64,000 nucleotides of DNA, taken from NCBI GenBank assembly GCA_000002445.1, contig CH464491.1, forward strand, positions 2,560,001-2,624,000, written 5' to 3'. The notes under the pieces were generated by a model. It had not been told where the DNA came from. It worked only from the letters and a program-made list of their open reading frames with translations, and did no database searches. Positions 21,773 through 33,100 of this stretch are shown here, piece after piece. Both the position numbers and the translations under genes were made by a program. Numbering within the stretch: position 1 is the first letter of the stretch; every line of letters starts with the position of its first letter. Origin of the DNA: Trypanosoma brucei (taxonomy: Eukaryota).

Positions 21773-22396
21773 TCACAATTGAACAATGGGAGTATAACTT
21801 AATCGCCGTTTCTTTACGCACTTCCCGCCTTTATCTCCACAGACACTATTACCCCCCTGCCCTGAAGGTCCCCAGTAACTTTCAATCTTTGATACTGACA
21901 GGCAACCCGTCGCCTTAATTGGAAACTCTTCCACTACCCACGCCTCTTTTCCCACGCTTGCTGCCACGCGAGCCGCAGCAGTAGCTGACAGTTGGGATAA
22001 CGGTCCAAAATACACCAAACAATTTCCGTGGTCTTTTAGATCGCGGTAGCCGATGAAGGCCGCACCAAACTGGCTCCCGTGCCGGAGAAAGAGACCCATT
22101 TTATCTGTTAAATGTCTGTAAACACGGCAGGAAAACTCATGTCGCATACGTAGAGAGGCCCAATATTGCCTGTCCTCTGCTGTGATGAATTCGATAGAAA
22201 CGAACTCACTCAGGTACTCCAACTCCTCGACGCCTAGGTGAGGACCAGAATAGTCCTTTTTGTACATCTGCGGAAACTTTGACAAGACCGACGAGTCCTC
22301 ACATACGAACAGCGGACCATTGACACCAACTACGCGAACAATTGGATTGGGGCGGTGCTCTCCAACTCCCTCTCCTCTACCACTACCAGAAGCCAT
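21773..22396 (-). CDS. Hypothetical protein
   Basis: 207 aa from the internal Met 'MASGSGRGEGVGEHRPNPIVRVVGVNG...'. The track ORF start (22498) adds 'MFPLFLFSPSPSTSFLFLFISPP', which looks like translated pyrimidine-rich leader. No family recognised. Confidence 0.4.
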   Translation of the reverse strand: MASGSGRGEGVGEHRPNPIVRVVGVNGPLFVCEDSSVLSKFPQMYKKDYSGPHLGVEELEYLSEFVSIEFITAEDRQYWASLRMRHEFSCRVYRHLTDKMGLFLRHGSQFGAAFIGYRDLKDHGNCLVYFGPLSQLSATAAARVAASVGKEAWVVEEFPIKATGCLSVSKIESYWGPSGQGGNSVCGDKGGKCVKKRRLSYTPIVQL

Positions 22397-22751
22397 CAAG
22401 GTGGGCCTCCAACAACAAACACCACGGTGGGGGGGAGATATAAATAAAAATAAGAAGGAGGTGGACGGGCTGGGTGAAAAGAGGAAAAGTGGAAACACCG
22501 TCCTTTTTCAGCGAAACATCGTTTTTCATGCGACAGACCCCCCTCTTCCCCCCCCCCCCACACACACACACCTCTTCAAGAAAAAAGAAGAGCGGGGCAG
22601 AACAGATCCGATGATGAAATAAAGCACGACCCTCGTAGACTTCGTGCCCACTTTGTGCAACCGCACCACCAAAAGGAGCACAGAGTTCCTACACGCTAAG
22701 ATAAATCTAACTGCGGACGTGAGAAGATCTCATGCCCATGCGGCACGGTGA

Positions 22752-24680
22752 CTAAACCATGATGGGGTTCGTCCGACCCGTGCTCTGAGGGCGCCTGGGA
22801 TTCCACCGACCTTCGAAAATGGGCCGATATTTTACTTTCGATAAGTCGAATACAACTCCATCTTTGTTCGTTACAAACCGCTCCTGGTCATACTCCACAG
22901 GATCGCTCTCTGGTTTTCCCTCACGCCGCTCCTGCATCATGACACGCCAACGCTCATATGTATTACGGTCCATCCCGATGATGCGTCCAGTCTTAGGATC
23001 CTCCACCACCACCTCGTCGTCATTACGCTCGTGTGGAAACTTCGTGATTGGAATCGATGCGGAGTCCCACGGGGCGATATCCGGCGTTGGTGACTCACGT
23101 TTGTCCGACTTTTCACCGCGGAGCGCTTGCTGAAGGCGGCGCTCTGTCGGATCACCTGTTGGTTTGCCCTGAATCTCACGCATAGTAGTATTTTCAATAT
23201 AGTCATGCAAATGTTCCTTAGGATACCAATGGTAATACGACGGTAGCGTCTCCCACTGCACATCCTCGCCAGGTTCAATCAACGGTCGTAGCTTGGTTCC
23301 GCTCGTTCCCGGTCGCACCAACCGGCCATCACTGAGCTGGTGGTACTTTGGACCGAACCCAGTTCCCTGCATATGGCGGTACTTTTCTGCTACCTTGTTC
23401 GGTTTAAACAAGGCCGACGAGAACTGCTTAATGGGAGGAATGCCCAGCTGCGTGTCAGAAAGGGAAAACATATCGTTTTCGATAAAATCACCAAAACACT
23501 CTGTGCCATAACCGTTCGTCGGAATTGGGTTGATGACGGCCAGTGCAGCACGACGCGAAACAGACAGCTGCACGCCGAAGTGGCCACACGCCTGCGGGGT
23601 AGTGAGGCAGTGAATAATAGATCCCCGCTTCTGGAATGCTATGCGCAGCTCCTCATCAATAAAATGAAGATTTCGACCCGTCCCAAGAAATATGACGTCA
23701 GGCACCGGGTACAAGTGAAGCAAAAGCGCCAGTGTACGTTCATTAACCTCTTCGAAGCTGCTTACATTCCAGTGGTAGTACGACTTATCAGTAACAATGC
23801 AAGAACCGATTACCTCCTTGTCATTTACAAATATGCTATCCGGTGTATATGCCGTGATGCGCATCCTCGAAAGGCCCCGGGGCTCCTCGATACGAGCAGA
23901 AAATGGGTTAGCATGAAACTGGGTGGCCATCTTCTCCTCATTGTAAAACCGCTCCTGGCCCTCCCGTGTCTGTAACGAGAGGCCGCTCGCCGTCTTTCCG
24001 GACTCACGCTGCCTCTTCAACCACTGAGCGAGCGCAGCACTGTCCTGAGGACGATAACCGGGGGTTATCTTAAAAGGGTCATAAGTTGGGTCAGTTGGGT
24101 GAGGCCGGCGGCGCTTCCGCGTCTCCTCCATTTTTATCTCCGCCCGCTTTGTCTCCGCAACGAACTTACGGTATTCTGCTTCGTTCTCCACCTGCAATTG
24201 GCGCCGCATCAAGATCAACTCCTCGTCTGATTCATAATCGCTAGGCTTAGGAGGCTTCACATGTTTATTGGCGGTCCCCACATCCATATACGTCTCACGT
24301 GTCCCTGTCCCATAAAAAAGCTGACCGTCGCTAGTGGTTGGTAGCTTCTGCTCCTCCACAAGTCGTCCGGTGGTCAGCCGCTGCCCTTCCAGCCATTTCT
24401 TGTCACGCTCCGCCATGTAATCCTCAACCAACTGACCGGGGCGTATCCCTACACGGACACCACCCTCCTGCTGCAAATACGTCTTCTTGTAAGTCTCCTC
24501 ATTCATTGGGACCTCTGTCAATGGATCATCACGAGGATCTGGAACGTAACGGCGCACGAACCGCTGCACGGTGCGCCGTGCCCTCGTCTTCCAATCAATG
24601 TTGGAGTACCCACCACCTCTCTGAACCAAAGAGCAGCGCATATATAAGTGGTGCTGCTGTTTCACTGGGAGACACTGCAC
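22752..24680 (-). CDS. Large protein with an embedded NDUFAF3/MTH938-like (DUF498) domain, likely mitochondrial
   Basis: 642 aa. The central segment 'YYHWNVSSFEEVNERTLALLLHLYPVPDVIFLGTGRNLHFIDEELRIAFQKRGSIIHCLTTPQACGHFGVQLSVSRRAALAVINP' matches the human NDUFAF3 pattern ('VVQWNVGS..DITEDSFSLFWLLEPRIEIVVVGTGDRTERLQSQVLQAMRQRGIAVEVQDTPNACATFNFLCHEGRVTGAALIPP'). Long charged N- and C-terminal extensions have no recognised family. Confidence 0.55.
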   Translation of the reverse strand: MQCLPVKQQHHLYMRCSLVQRGGGYSNIDWKTRARRTVQRFVRRYVPDPRDDPLTEVPMNEETYKKTYLQQEGGVRVGIRPGQLVEDYMAERDKKWLEGQRLTTGRLVEEQKLPTTSDGQLFYGTGTRETYMDVGTANKHVKPPKPSDYESDEELILMRRQLQVENEAEYRKFVAETKRAEIKMEETRKRRRPHPTDPTYDPFKITPGYRPQDSAALAQWLKRQRESGKTASGLSLQTREGQERFYNEEKMATQFHANPFSARIEEPRGLSRMRITAYTPDSIFVNDKEVIGSCIVTDKSYYHWNVSSFEEVNERTLALLLHLYPVPDVIFLGTGRNLHFIDEELRIAFQKRGSIIHCLTTPQACGHFGVQLSVSRRAALAVINPIPTNGYGTECFGDFIENDMFSLSDTQLGIPPIKQFSSALFKPNKVAEKYRHMQGTGFGPKYHQLSDGRLVRPGTSGTKLRPLIEPGEDVQWETLPSYYHWYPKEHLHDYIENTTMREIQGKPTGDPTERRLQQALRGEKSDKRESPTPDIAPWDSASIPITKFPHERNDDEVVVEDPKTGRIIGMDRNTYERWRVMMQERREGKPESDPVEYDQERFVTNKDGVVFDLSKVKYRPIFEGRWNPRRPQSTGRTNPIMV

Positions 24681-25172
24681 CGCTCTTTGCTAAAGATTGT
24701 GTGGCAGCTTCTCGCCTGCGTATTCGTGTGTACGCGCGGACACCTCCTTCTCCTTCACTCACACGGCCGTCACTCCTACTTCGGAAACCCCCCACCACCC
24801 ACTCTTACAACCGCAGAGAAGGATGAGACCATGGAGAATAAGGTGTGCAAATTGGGAGCAAGGAGATTAAATTTAACCACGTACAAAGTGAAAAAAAAAA
24901 GAAGGGGTACCTGGAATAAATAGCCACGGACTGGGGGGATTTGTTGAAGACAAGATAACGGAGCCGCTAAAAACAGAGTTTTAGAAGAAGCAGTTAAAAC
25001 AATATTATTTCTGGACTTCCATTTGGTACCCAGATGTGAAAAAGAAAGGAACCGACGTGGTGATTCCTTTTACCTGTACGCTCTGCACATCACTACAGAT
25101 GTGTATTTTTGTTGTTGGTTTTCGCTGAAACCTCGTGTTGCCTCCACTCCCTGTCTTCACCTTACCAGCTGG

Positions 25173-26465
25173 TTATATCGCCACCGCTTCCTCTACGTGG
25201 GCCGCAACCTCCCCGGAAAAAAGAGCGGAAGGAGGACACGACCGTGTCGGTTCGTTCGGGAGAATCAAAAATCGTCGAGGAAGCGGCTCCGAAGCCGGAA
25301 CGACCGCGACCAGCTCCTCATGCTCCTCGTCGATAGCAAAGAGCAGTAGCAATCCAGCTATGGGGGCTAAGGGTACCTCCTCAATCACCTCAGCATGTGA
25401 AACCGCGCATATACAGCCTATAATAGTTGCTGAAGGTGTTACCTTGCTGCAGGTTACTCCGCTCTCGGACCTTACATACCGTACAAGCTGCACTTGCGCA
25501 AGGGGAAGTACAATTTTTGCGCAAGCAAGTGGACACTGGGGATTTCCTGAAAAGTACCCGCAGAGGCGTTGCTCCCGCACTGAACTGTTGCACCGCTGAG
25601 ACACAGGCGCCACGTAGGAAACATCACATTCAGGAAGCACACGTTGTATGTCCTCTTGCAGAACATTGGAACACAGGTCCGATTCACCCTGCGTACTAAC
25701 CATGACAACATGCGTAGGCCGCAGTAATTCAACAAGTCTGCGAAAATATACACCCTCCATCACCCCCTCCTGTGGAGAGGGCGCGTCTATTACAACGTGG
25801 GCCCGCTCAGTGTTGGCCGCACCTATTAGCGCATCGGTGCACTCGTTCAGTTGCTCCACAAAAGAAAGAAACGAAGCAACACTTTCATTGCCAGGAGGGG
25901 CTGTTTCACCAACAAAAAGTGAAAATGGCAACAACGTTGGGGAGGCGGAAGTGTCGGGCCACAGTATGTGCTCTACAAGCACAGTTGAAATGCACCCAGG
26001 CGCATAGATGGAGTTGGACTCGGCGTTAAGGTCCATCAAGAATACGGACGTGGACGCTGCCCCCAGTTCCACTGCAGAAGCATCCTCGCGGAGTATGTTG
26101 CAAATTGTGTGCGCTGTTAAAGTTTTACCACTAGCACGACGTCCAATGACGAGCACCTTACTTCGAGTCACAGTAGCAAGGGCACCACGACACAACTGCC
26201 CAACGGATGCCATGCCCGTAGCAGCCTTTGAAACCTCGAACTGCTTGGTTGACGTAGCGAGTACGCAACCACCTTCTAAGGTGTACATCACAAGCGAGTA
26301 CCGATCCGTTAAAAGACGAAAGGTAGGGGGTTCTTTAGCCTTGAGGAGCACACCGGCAACTTCAACTACTCCAGACAGCAGTTGCAACCCCACAACGCAG
26401 CTCCCAGAGAGAGTGCATTCCTCACCTGCACTTATCGTGATCTTTCGTTGGTACGGTGAGCTCAT
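25173..26465 (-). CDS. CLP1: Clp1-family polynucleotide kinase / pre-mRNA cleavage complex II protein Clp1
   Basis: 430 aa, collinear with human CLP1. The N-terminal beta-sandwich 'FRLLTDRYSLVMYTLEGGCVLATS' matches '[23 protein letters not shown]'. The P-loop 'KVLVIGRRASGKTLTAHTICNIL' matches '[25 protein letters not shown]'. The C-terminal 'REQRLCGYFSGNPQCPLACAKIVLPLAQVQLVRY' matches '[33 protein letters not shown]'. Confidence 0.75.
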   Translation of the reverse strand: MSSPYQRKITISAGEECTLSGSCVVGLQLLSGVVEVAGVLLKAKEPPTFRLLTDRYSLVMYTLEGGCVLATSTKQFEVSKAATGMASVGQLCRGALATVTRSKVLVIGRRASGKTLTAHTICNILREDASAVELGAASTSVFLMDLNAESNSIYAPGCISTVLVEHILWPDTSASPTLLPFSLFVGETAPPGNESVASFLSFVEQLNECTDALIGAANTERAHVVIDAPSPQEGVMEGVYFRRLVELLRPTHVVMVSTQGESDLCSNVLQEDIQRVLPECDVSYVAPVSQRCNSSVREQRLCGYFSGNPQCPLACAKIVLPLAQVQLVRYVRSESGVTCSKVTPSATIIGCICAVSHAEVIEEVPLAPIAGLLLLFAIDEEHEELVAVVPASEPLPRRFLILPNEPTRSCPPSALFSGEVAAHVEEAVAI

Positions 26466-27881
26466 ATCGCACTAACTAAGCTTCTATTCACTACTCTCAC
26501 CGCCGCAACCGCGTGTAGTTATCGCGTCACCGCTAGTTACGGTGTCCCTACAACTCTGGCCGCGTCGCCTCACAACGTACAGCAACGCGATGTGTGACTC
26601 CGCGCCAAGTTCTCCGCTAGCTACATAAAAAAAAAACAAATAGGTGAACAGAAATAACGCCAAATGACATGGATAATAAAAAGTCAGTGGATGTGCAGCG
26701 CCTAAAGGGGAACTTCAGCCCCTCCCCCTTCGTCATTCAACTCTTCCCTCTTAGAGAAGGAAAGAAATAATTCGCGAGCAACGATAGGCACGCTGCAGAA
26801 CGAACCCGTGGCAGCGCAGTCGCGGCCAGGAGCCGCAGTGAAAGAAACAGGGGCCCTCAACAAACTACCAAGTTGCTTACATAAACCCAATCTGCACATC
26901 CGCAGATTAAGAAGAGAGGCTGAGCAACTTGCATGTATCTCAGTGTAAAGGTCTGTGCACCCCAAGAGTGCCAAGCGGGTTTCCGCCAAGTAATCGGCGC
27001 AGTTACCTACAATTTTTAAAAAAAGTTAAGAGGGGAAAAGGAGTTCAGACACATATACAGCCAAATAAACGACTATTCACATAACCGCATCCCCCTCCTG
27101 CTACACAACCGCTGCACAAGTACACACACTGGCACCATCCCTCATATCTCTTCCCAATCAACTTTAACAACCCCACCCAGTACGGCTGTAGAACTGCCGT
27201 AACTCTTTCCTTGCTCCTTAGCTTGGCCTCTTATGGTCCATATCCTTTTTTGTGAAAGCAACTTTAAAAGCGCACAAAACACCATTTTCTTGGCTCTTAA
27301 ACTTGACCTGTTCAAGCGGGATACCTTTGTTGTTTGGTTGCTTCACCTTTCCCACGCGTACATTGCCCTCCAAGGACAGCAACAGTAAAAGGGTTCCGAC
27401 CAATGACGTCAACGTGCTCTTTCATAGGCAGACCCAAACTGGGGCAGAGAATATAAAATACAAACTTATTTCTTTTTTTTTTAAAAGCACGGAAAGGCAA
27501 GCGCTCAAACTCCTGGTGTCCCTCTACTCCCACCTCCCCCTCCCCAAACGCACCTCCATGCCGCGCCCTCTCCATATTTTCAACTCTTCCATTTCACATC
27601 AATCGCCTCTGGCCGTTCCTTCTTATTTGCTTGACTGTCCGGTGATCCCTTCATTTATCTATAAAACCTCACGTATCCTCATTCACACACACACATGCAC
27701 GTACATACATGCGCAATTTTTTGTTGGTGTAATTATAAAAATGCGATCGCGGCAGTGAATACAGGCATCGGCGCAAAAAAAAAAAAGAGGGTGGTACTTA
27801 AAAAAAAGGTGCCTGCAGTCCCATGGCAAATATCCGACAGCACAAAAGTAAATTGATATATTTACACGCATAAATAGGCAG

Positions 27882-27903
27882 ATATATATATATATATATA
27901 TAT
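27882..27903. repeat. (TA)11 microsatellite
   Basis: 'atatatatatatatatatatat' lies inside the 2.7 kb ORF-free interval. Confidence 0.9.
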
Positions 27904-29168
27904 TTTAAAAACACTGTGCGCCGGTATTGCAGTTACTAAAAAGAAGTTCTGAAATCGTCATCCACCTTCCTTTTCCCTGTTACCACTTGCACTACCATTC
28001 CCTCGTTACCATCCGGCATATTTCGACTCTTGGAAAATATGGATATAAAAAACTCTTCTAGCTCAATTGCAGTGGCCACAACAAATATACGCCACGTTGC
28101 CTAAGTGCAGGCACCATTCAAAGACAAGAAAGGAAAAAGGGGTTGGCCGAAAACATGTGAAGGGGAAGTACCGCACCTTCGCGCGTCGTTAGCATAGGTA
28201 AATATGGTAAAGAAAAAAGGTAGAAATCAGCAGCACGGAAGAAAAAAAAAGTTGAACTACACCATACAAGCACGCAAACATTCCACTGACTTCTTTACCT
28301 ACTGGCAACCGGAAAAAAAAAAAAGTAGGTCGTCAATAGGAACATCCCTCTCCATGGGAAGTTGCCCCCTCCCCCTTTGCGCTTCTCGATTCCCCCACAG
28401 GTGGCACAAACGGACTACAGAGTGGGCTCCCCTCCTCATCACACTCACTTCTTTTGTTCCCTACATATAAATAAACAAATATATATGTATATGTCCTGGG
28501 GGCACTGGTTTGGGCAGAGCTAAACAAGAGCCCTCCCACCTCAGGGGATTACTGTTTCTTGAAAAGTAACTCCACAAAGCCACCCATTCCAATAGTCTCT
28601 TCAGAGACATAGGAAGAGGGCGAAATGAGCGGGAAGCAATTCAACACAACATATTCAAAAACAATAGTAATAAATGAAAAGGGGTGAAAAAAAAAAAGGA
28701 GAAAGTACTAACGGAGATTGCTACTGCTTTTATGATAATCGAACGGAAAAAGGTACATCGAGCGTGGGAAACAGTGAAATAGCTACAGCACTGAACGGTG
28801 GTGGTATCCTGAGAACTATCTGAACGCACCTGCCAAACGACAAGTAGCAAACCAAAATGGGGCCGTCCCGTATTTGATGAACGTATCAGTGGGGAAATAA
28901 AGGACACATAATTCCAAACACCCGAGGGTAACGCATGACGGAAGTAGGGTTACGTACCCCTATCCCGACCATGCCTCGTCTAACCCCTCACCTTCCCACT
29001 TAAATACGCTCGCTTTCTTTTCTTCTTTCACTAGGAACCACCTCTCCGACGTCCTCGACGGCACGGAGGCAACGTCGGCATACGCTCCCCACCTGTATCT
29101 CACTCTTCGCAAAACGGTTTCTCAGGGGTATAACACAATCAACTTTAATACCACACCAACACCCAGGG

Positions 29169-29744
29169 TCATCCCAAGCATGACGGGGGTTGTGGCAACA
29201 GCCCTGAAGGCCTGTCCTGCACCACCGTCATTACACACGTGCTGTTGCTAACAACCTCACCGTTTCCCCCTCCAGTCCGTCTCGTTCCCCTACCGAGTTC
29301 AAGAAGCATCTCCTCGGCCATATACTCAAGATCTGCGTGTGCAACACTTTTGAGAGTACGCTCGACAGATCCCCAATCACGATCCAACTCACAACCACCG
29401 AGGACAGCGATAACGTCCCCACGCTTAAGAGTTAATTCGTGCATCTGGGCCCGACCCTCCTCCCCTGCACAATGGAAGGCGAGCCGTTGCGCGCGGAACA
29501 GTGAGACGGCGCACTGACCAAGCAACTCCATCCTCGCAAGCGGGGGACGACCGGTACTCAAGGGGGTGAGGCGCACCGCGACTGAGGTACCCGGGCAGGT
29601 GCAAGCAAGGAGCGCTGGTGTGCAGACAAAAGAACAACCACGATGGGCAGCGTGCGTCATCTTGACTGCCCGGTCGGCGAAGTAAAGGCCATCAAGCACC
29701 GTCGTCACCGTGGTCCTAGCGATCGCCATCCTAGGCTGTCCCAC
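29169..29744 (-). CDS. Hypothetical protein
   Basis: 191-aa ORF, moderately Cys-rich. No family recognised. Alternative start at Met6 (MAIARTT). The upstream sense strand has a T-run. Confidence 0.4.
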   Translation of the reverse strand: MGQPRMAIARTTVTTVLDGLYFADRAVKMTHAAHRGCSFVCTPALLACTCPGTSVAVRLTPLSTGRPPLARMELLGQCAVSLFRAQRLAFHCAGEEGRAQMHELTLKRGDVIAVLGGCELDRDWGSVERTLKSVAHADLEYMAEEMLLELGRGTRRTGGGNGEVVSNSTCVMTVVQDRPSGLLPQPPSCLG

Positions 29745-30111
29745 CGCCCTGCGTGTGCCGAGGGAGCGCTCTCTAGAAGCGCACCAGTACTATGAGATAG
29801 TGGAAAGGCAAAAAAAAAAAGGGAAAACAGTGCAAGAGCTAATCAACGACACCAAAAAAAGATCTTACACCGCAAACCCCAAGCCCGTAGACTCTTAGGG
29901 AGCAAACAATGGAACTACTTTGTGTGTGTAAGCACAGAAAGGGGGGAAGTCGAACGTAACAAACGACACCCCTATTGCCCGTCACACGTTTTGGGCCTCT
30001 TTTACCTACAATACACCTTCGTGTACTCAATCCGTCCCGGGCCTTGATGTAATAGTTCCCCCTTTCCTTATAATCTTTCTTGAAATTAAGATTCTCCATC
30101 CATGCGTCCAT

Positions 30112-33100
30112 CTATGAAACACTTTGTGAAGATGAGACAAAGCGCATCATCGCTGCCTCCGCATTTTGCAGCTGTTCCACATCACTTCGTCGCAACAATG
30201 CAATCTGGTGCTCATTCTCTAGCAGCTTGTGAATCCGTTCCAAAAGATAGGTCGCGTAAACACTGCGGCCCTCCCCCACCATATTTGTCACTGCTGCCGT
30301 GAGCGCTGTTATGACTCCACTCTTGGTTAAAACTGTGTCATCACATCGATCGTCGAGGCAGTGAAGAAACGTATCAAAAACAACAGCAGCTGGCACTCCA
30401 CTGGACCGAAGAGTATCCACAATCGTTCCAGGATCCTCTCTATTGTGCACCAAGAAAGTGACAAAAGGCAACAATGGCAGCCCTGCAGCGTAACCACCAT
30501 AGTACTCTCGCACTATACAACGCACCGCTTCAGAAGCACCTTGGCCCCCTTCGTGAACAAGGCTTGCCAGCAAGTCATGTAGCACTTGCACGGTGACTCT
30601 CTCGGGAGTCTCCGGGTGCATCTTCAGTATGTCCATCTGGACCTTGGCCCCACCGTTCCTCCTGTACACGCCAGCCAACTCAAACAGCCGACTTTCCACC
30701 ACATAAAAATGGCGCAGCTCATCCACGTGGGATTGTGTTTCTTGCCTAGGCAATTTTGAAGAACTATTGTAGTTAAAACTTTGCCCTGTCCTCTCAATCA
30801 CTTTCACTAATTCATCCTGCAGTAACAGAAGTACGTAAGTCAAGCGATCGGAATCCGTCGGGCCATACTCGAGTGCCAGATTTATGCAGCGAAGCCTTGT
30901 GGAAAGTAGCACTCGCTGCTTGGACTTCGCAATATCGCCAAACCCGCGAGCGGCCACCTGAGGACAACGCAGCCGATCCTTCCAACACGAATAAAAAAGC
31001 GCCGGGAGTGTTTGCGGCTCCCCTAGGTCATCAATATACTCTTCTATTATCTCCGCAAAACACATCAAGCGATCATCTTCAAGCGCATGACCCACAATCC
31101 AGTGAACAACATCGCGAGAAAGAGCGGGGCTACGTGCAGCAGCCTGCATGACCAACCGAAGGCAGCGCTTCACCTGCTCCGGCGATCCGTCAGCTGTATT
31201 CTGCTCAAGCAAAGATAGAAGTTCACCTATGGAGCTTTTGTCGTGCCTCAACCAACAAAGAAGAAGTCTTATTGGTACCATATGATCGGGAAAGGCCACG
31301 TTCAATCTCTCCTCTACGTAGCTAACCATTTGCTCATCTCGAAGCGATACAATGTTGTCACACGCGTACGTGAGTGCCTCATCTGCATTCCCCTTCATGA
31401 TAAGTGAATGAACACTTATTGCATGCTGGGCCTTCACAGGCAGTGCGTGTTTCATAGCTTCAAGCTGGGCCAGGGTATTTGCCCCATTGCATGCAAGCGC
31501 GGTGGTACAGAATTCACTTATTATTGCATCTGTGTCACAGCGCCACACGATATGTTCCAAACCCATTTGATTTCCGATTGATGAAGCCATGGACAGCGCC
31601 TCTTCACCACACGCGGTCAACAGCATACAATAAAGTTTACAGATGATGCACGCATCTCCCAAGCCCTTTAGGAGTGTATAAAGGAATAAAGCTTGAGTGT
31701 TAATAGCGGTGCGCGTGGTGAATGCCTGGGGAGAGCTCACCACAAAACCTTGCCACACCAAACCCATATGCTGCACTGGGTAATCAAGCCAGCCATTTAA
31801 ACGTAATAGCGACTCTATCGACCCTCGCCATTCCTCCATAAGCTTCACTGCGCCCTCCAATCTGAGCGCCAAGTCCCACGAAAAGGGCGAAGTCCACAAC
31901 CTCTCCGCTACCACAATCTGACGATGGACGAGATATAAGAGTCCCTCCGCTCCAGGGGCCACCCGCATATTGTTACTCTGAGGAAAAGGGTGCAAGAACT
32001 GTCCTAGCAGGGGAGCCAACGTCTCTGCTGGCACGCCAGCTAAGTTAGCTCCAACAAGGGCCTCCATTCCACGTCTTCCCCCCAGTTTTAGCAGCGAGGA
32101 AAAGATTTCATCGTGGGGGTTACCAAGTTTCAAGAGATTTGCTGTGACGAGTCCAATCGGTAGTGCACCAATGCGGCACTGAATTCCACTTCCTCCGTAC
32201 ACAACAAAAGACGTGCCGAACCTCACAGACTCACTGACGTAACCAATACCCGTGATTGGCCCGTCCAACTGAAAAGTTGACACTAGTTCCATCTCGTCAT
32301 ACACACCCTCGTATACGGCGCAGTTTGTAGTGATTAAGATTAGAAGATGAGTTAGTGCGTCATAAAGTAGAGTGGTGCCATTTGTGTCCCGACAGGCAAA
32401 CCGGATATCTTCAACATGGAGACCCGAGGGTAGAGGACGGGAAGAAGCTAGACGGACATTAACACATGCAGTACCACCTCCAGCTGCAGGGGCTTCGTCG
32501 AGAAGCACAGGCTGCCGACCCCCATCGGCGGCAATCAGGACAGCGTGATGAGACGTCTCAAAGCTGGCAAGCACTGTGACTGTATTTCTCAGAACAGCCA
32601 CAGAACCGGCCACCACAAACTCGCCTGTTAGAGTGCGCTTCCACACAGCCAGATCGGTATTCGACAATACAAAGAGGTTCCCCCGGTAAGGATCGTACGC
32701 ACTATCTTGGTAACGTTTCGTGTCCCATAGAGAAATCACAGCATCGTAAATTCGTCGCGGGCGCTGGTTCAATGACAAAACCATTTCTGACACTTTATCA
32801 CCTCTGAAAACTAAACGACAGCTTTCCACTTGCGCGTTGCCATAGCATAGTGTTAACTTGCCATTCTCAAACGAAACAATTTTTTCAACCGACCGTCCTG
32901 TTTCAATGAAAATATCGTCCAGTACTACAGGTGGTGATTCTTCTTGCAACAGAGCGGCGTGAATCCCGTTTGCAAGTCCGACAATAATAAGTGATCTCTT
33001 GTCCGCGCCGCATCGTTGGATGTACGCGTCTTGAATAAGACTACCCCACGGGGGGAAATAGAAGTGGTTATCTTGTCGAACAACTAGAAGTCTGTTACCG

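Noticed and set aside
26702-27758. ORFs of 95 aa (26702-26989 minus) and 168 aa (27252-27758 plus) in the 2.7 kb gap
   Set aside because: The translations are low-complexity ('HTHTCTYIHAQFFVGVII', Pro/Leu/Ser-rich). The strand of the 168-aa ORF opposes the surrounding transcription unit. This is more likely UTR or non-coding.
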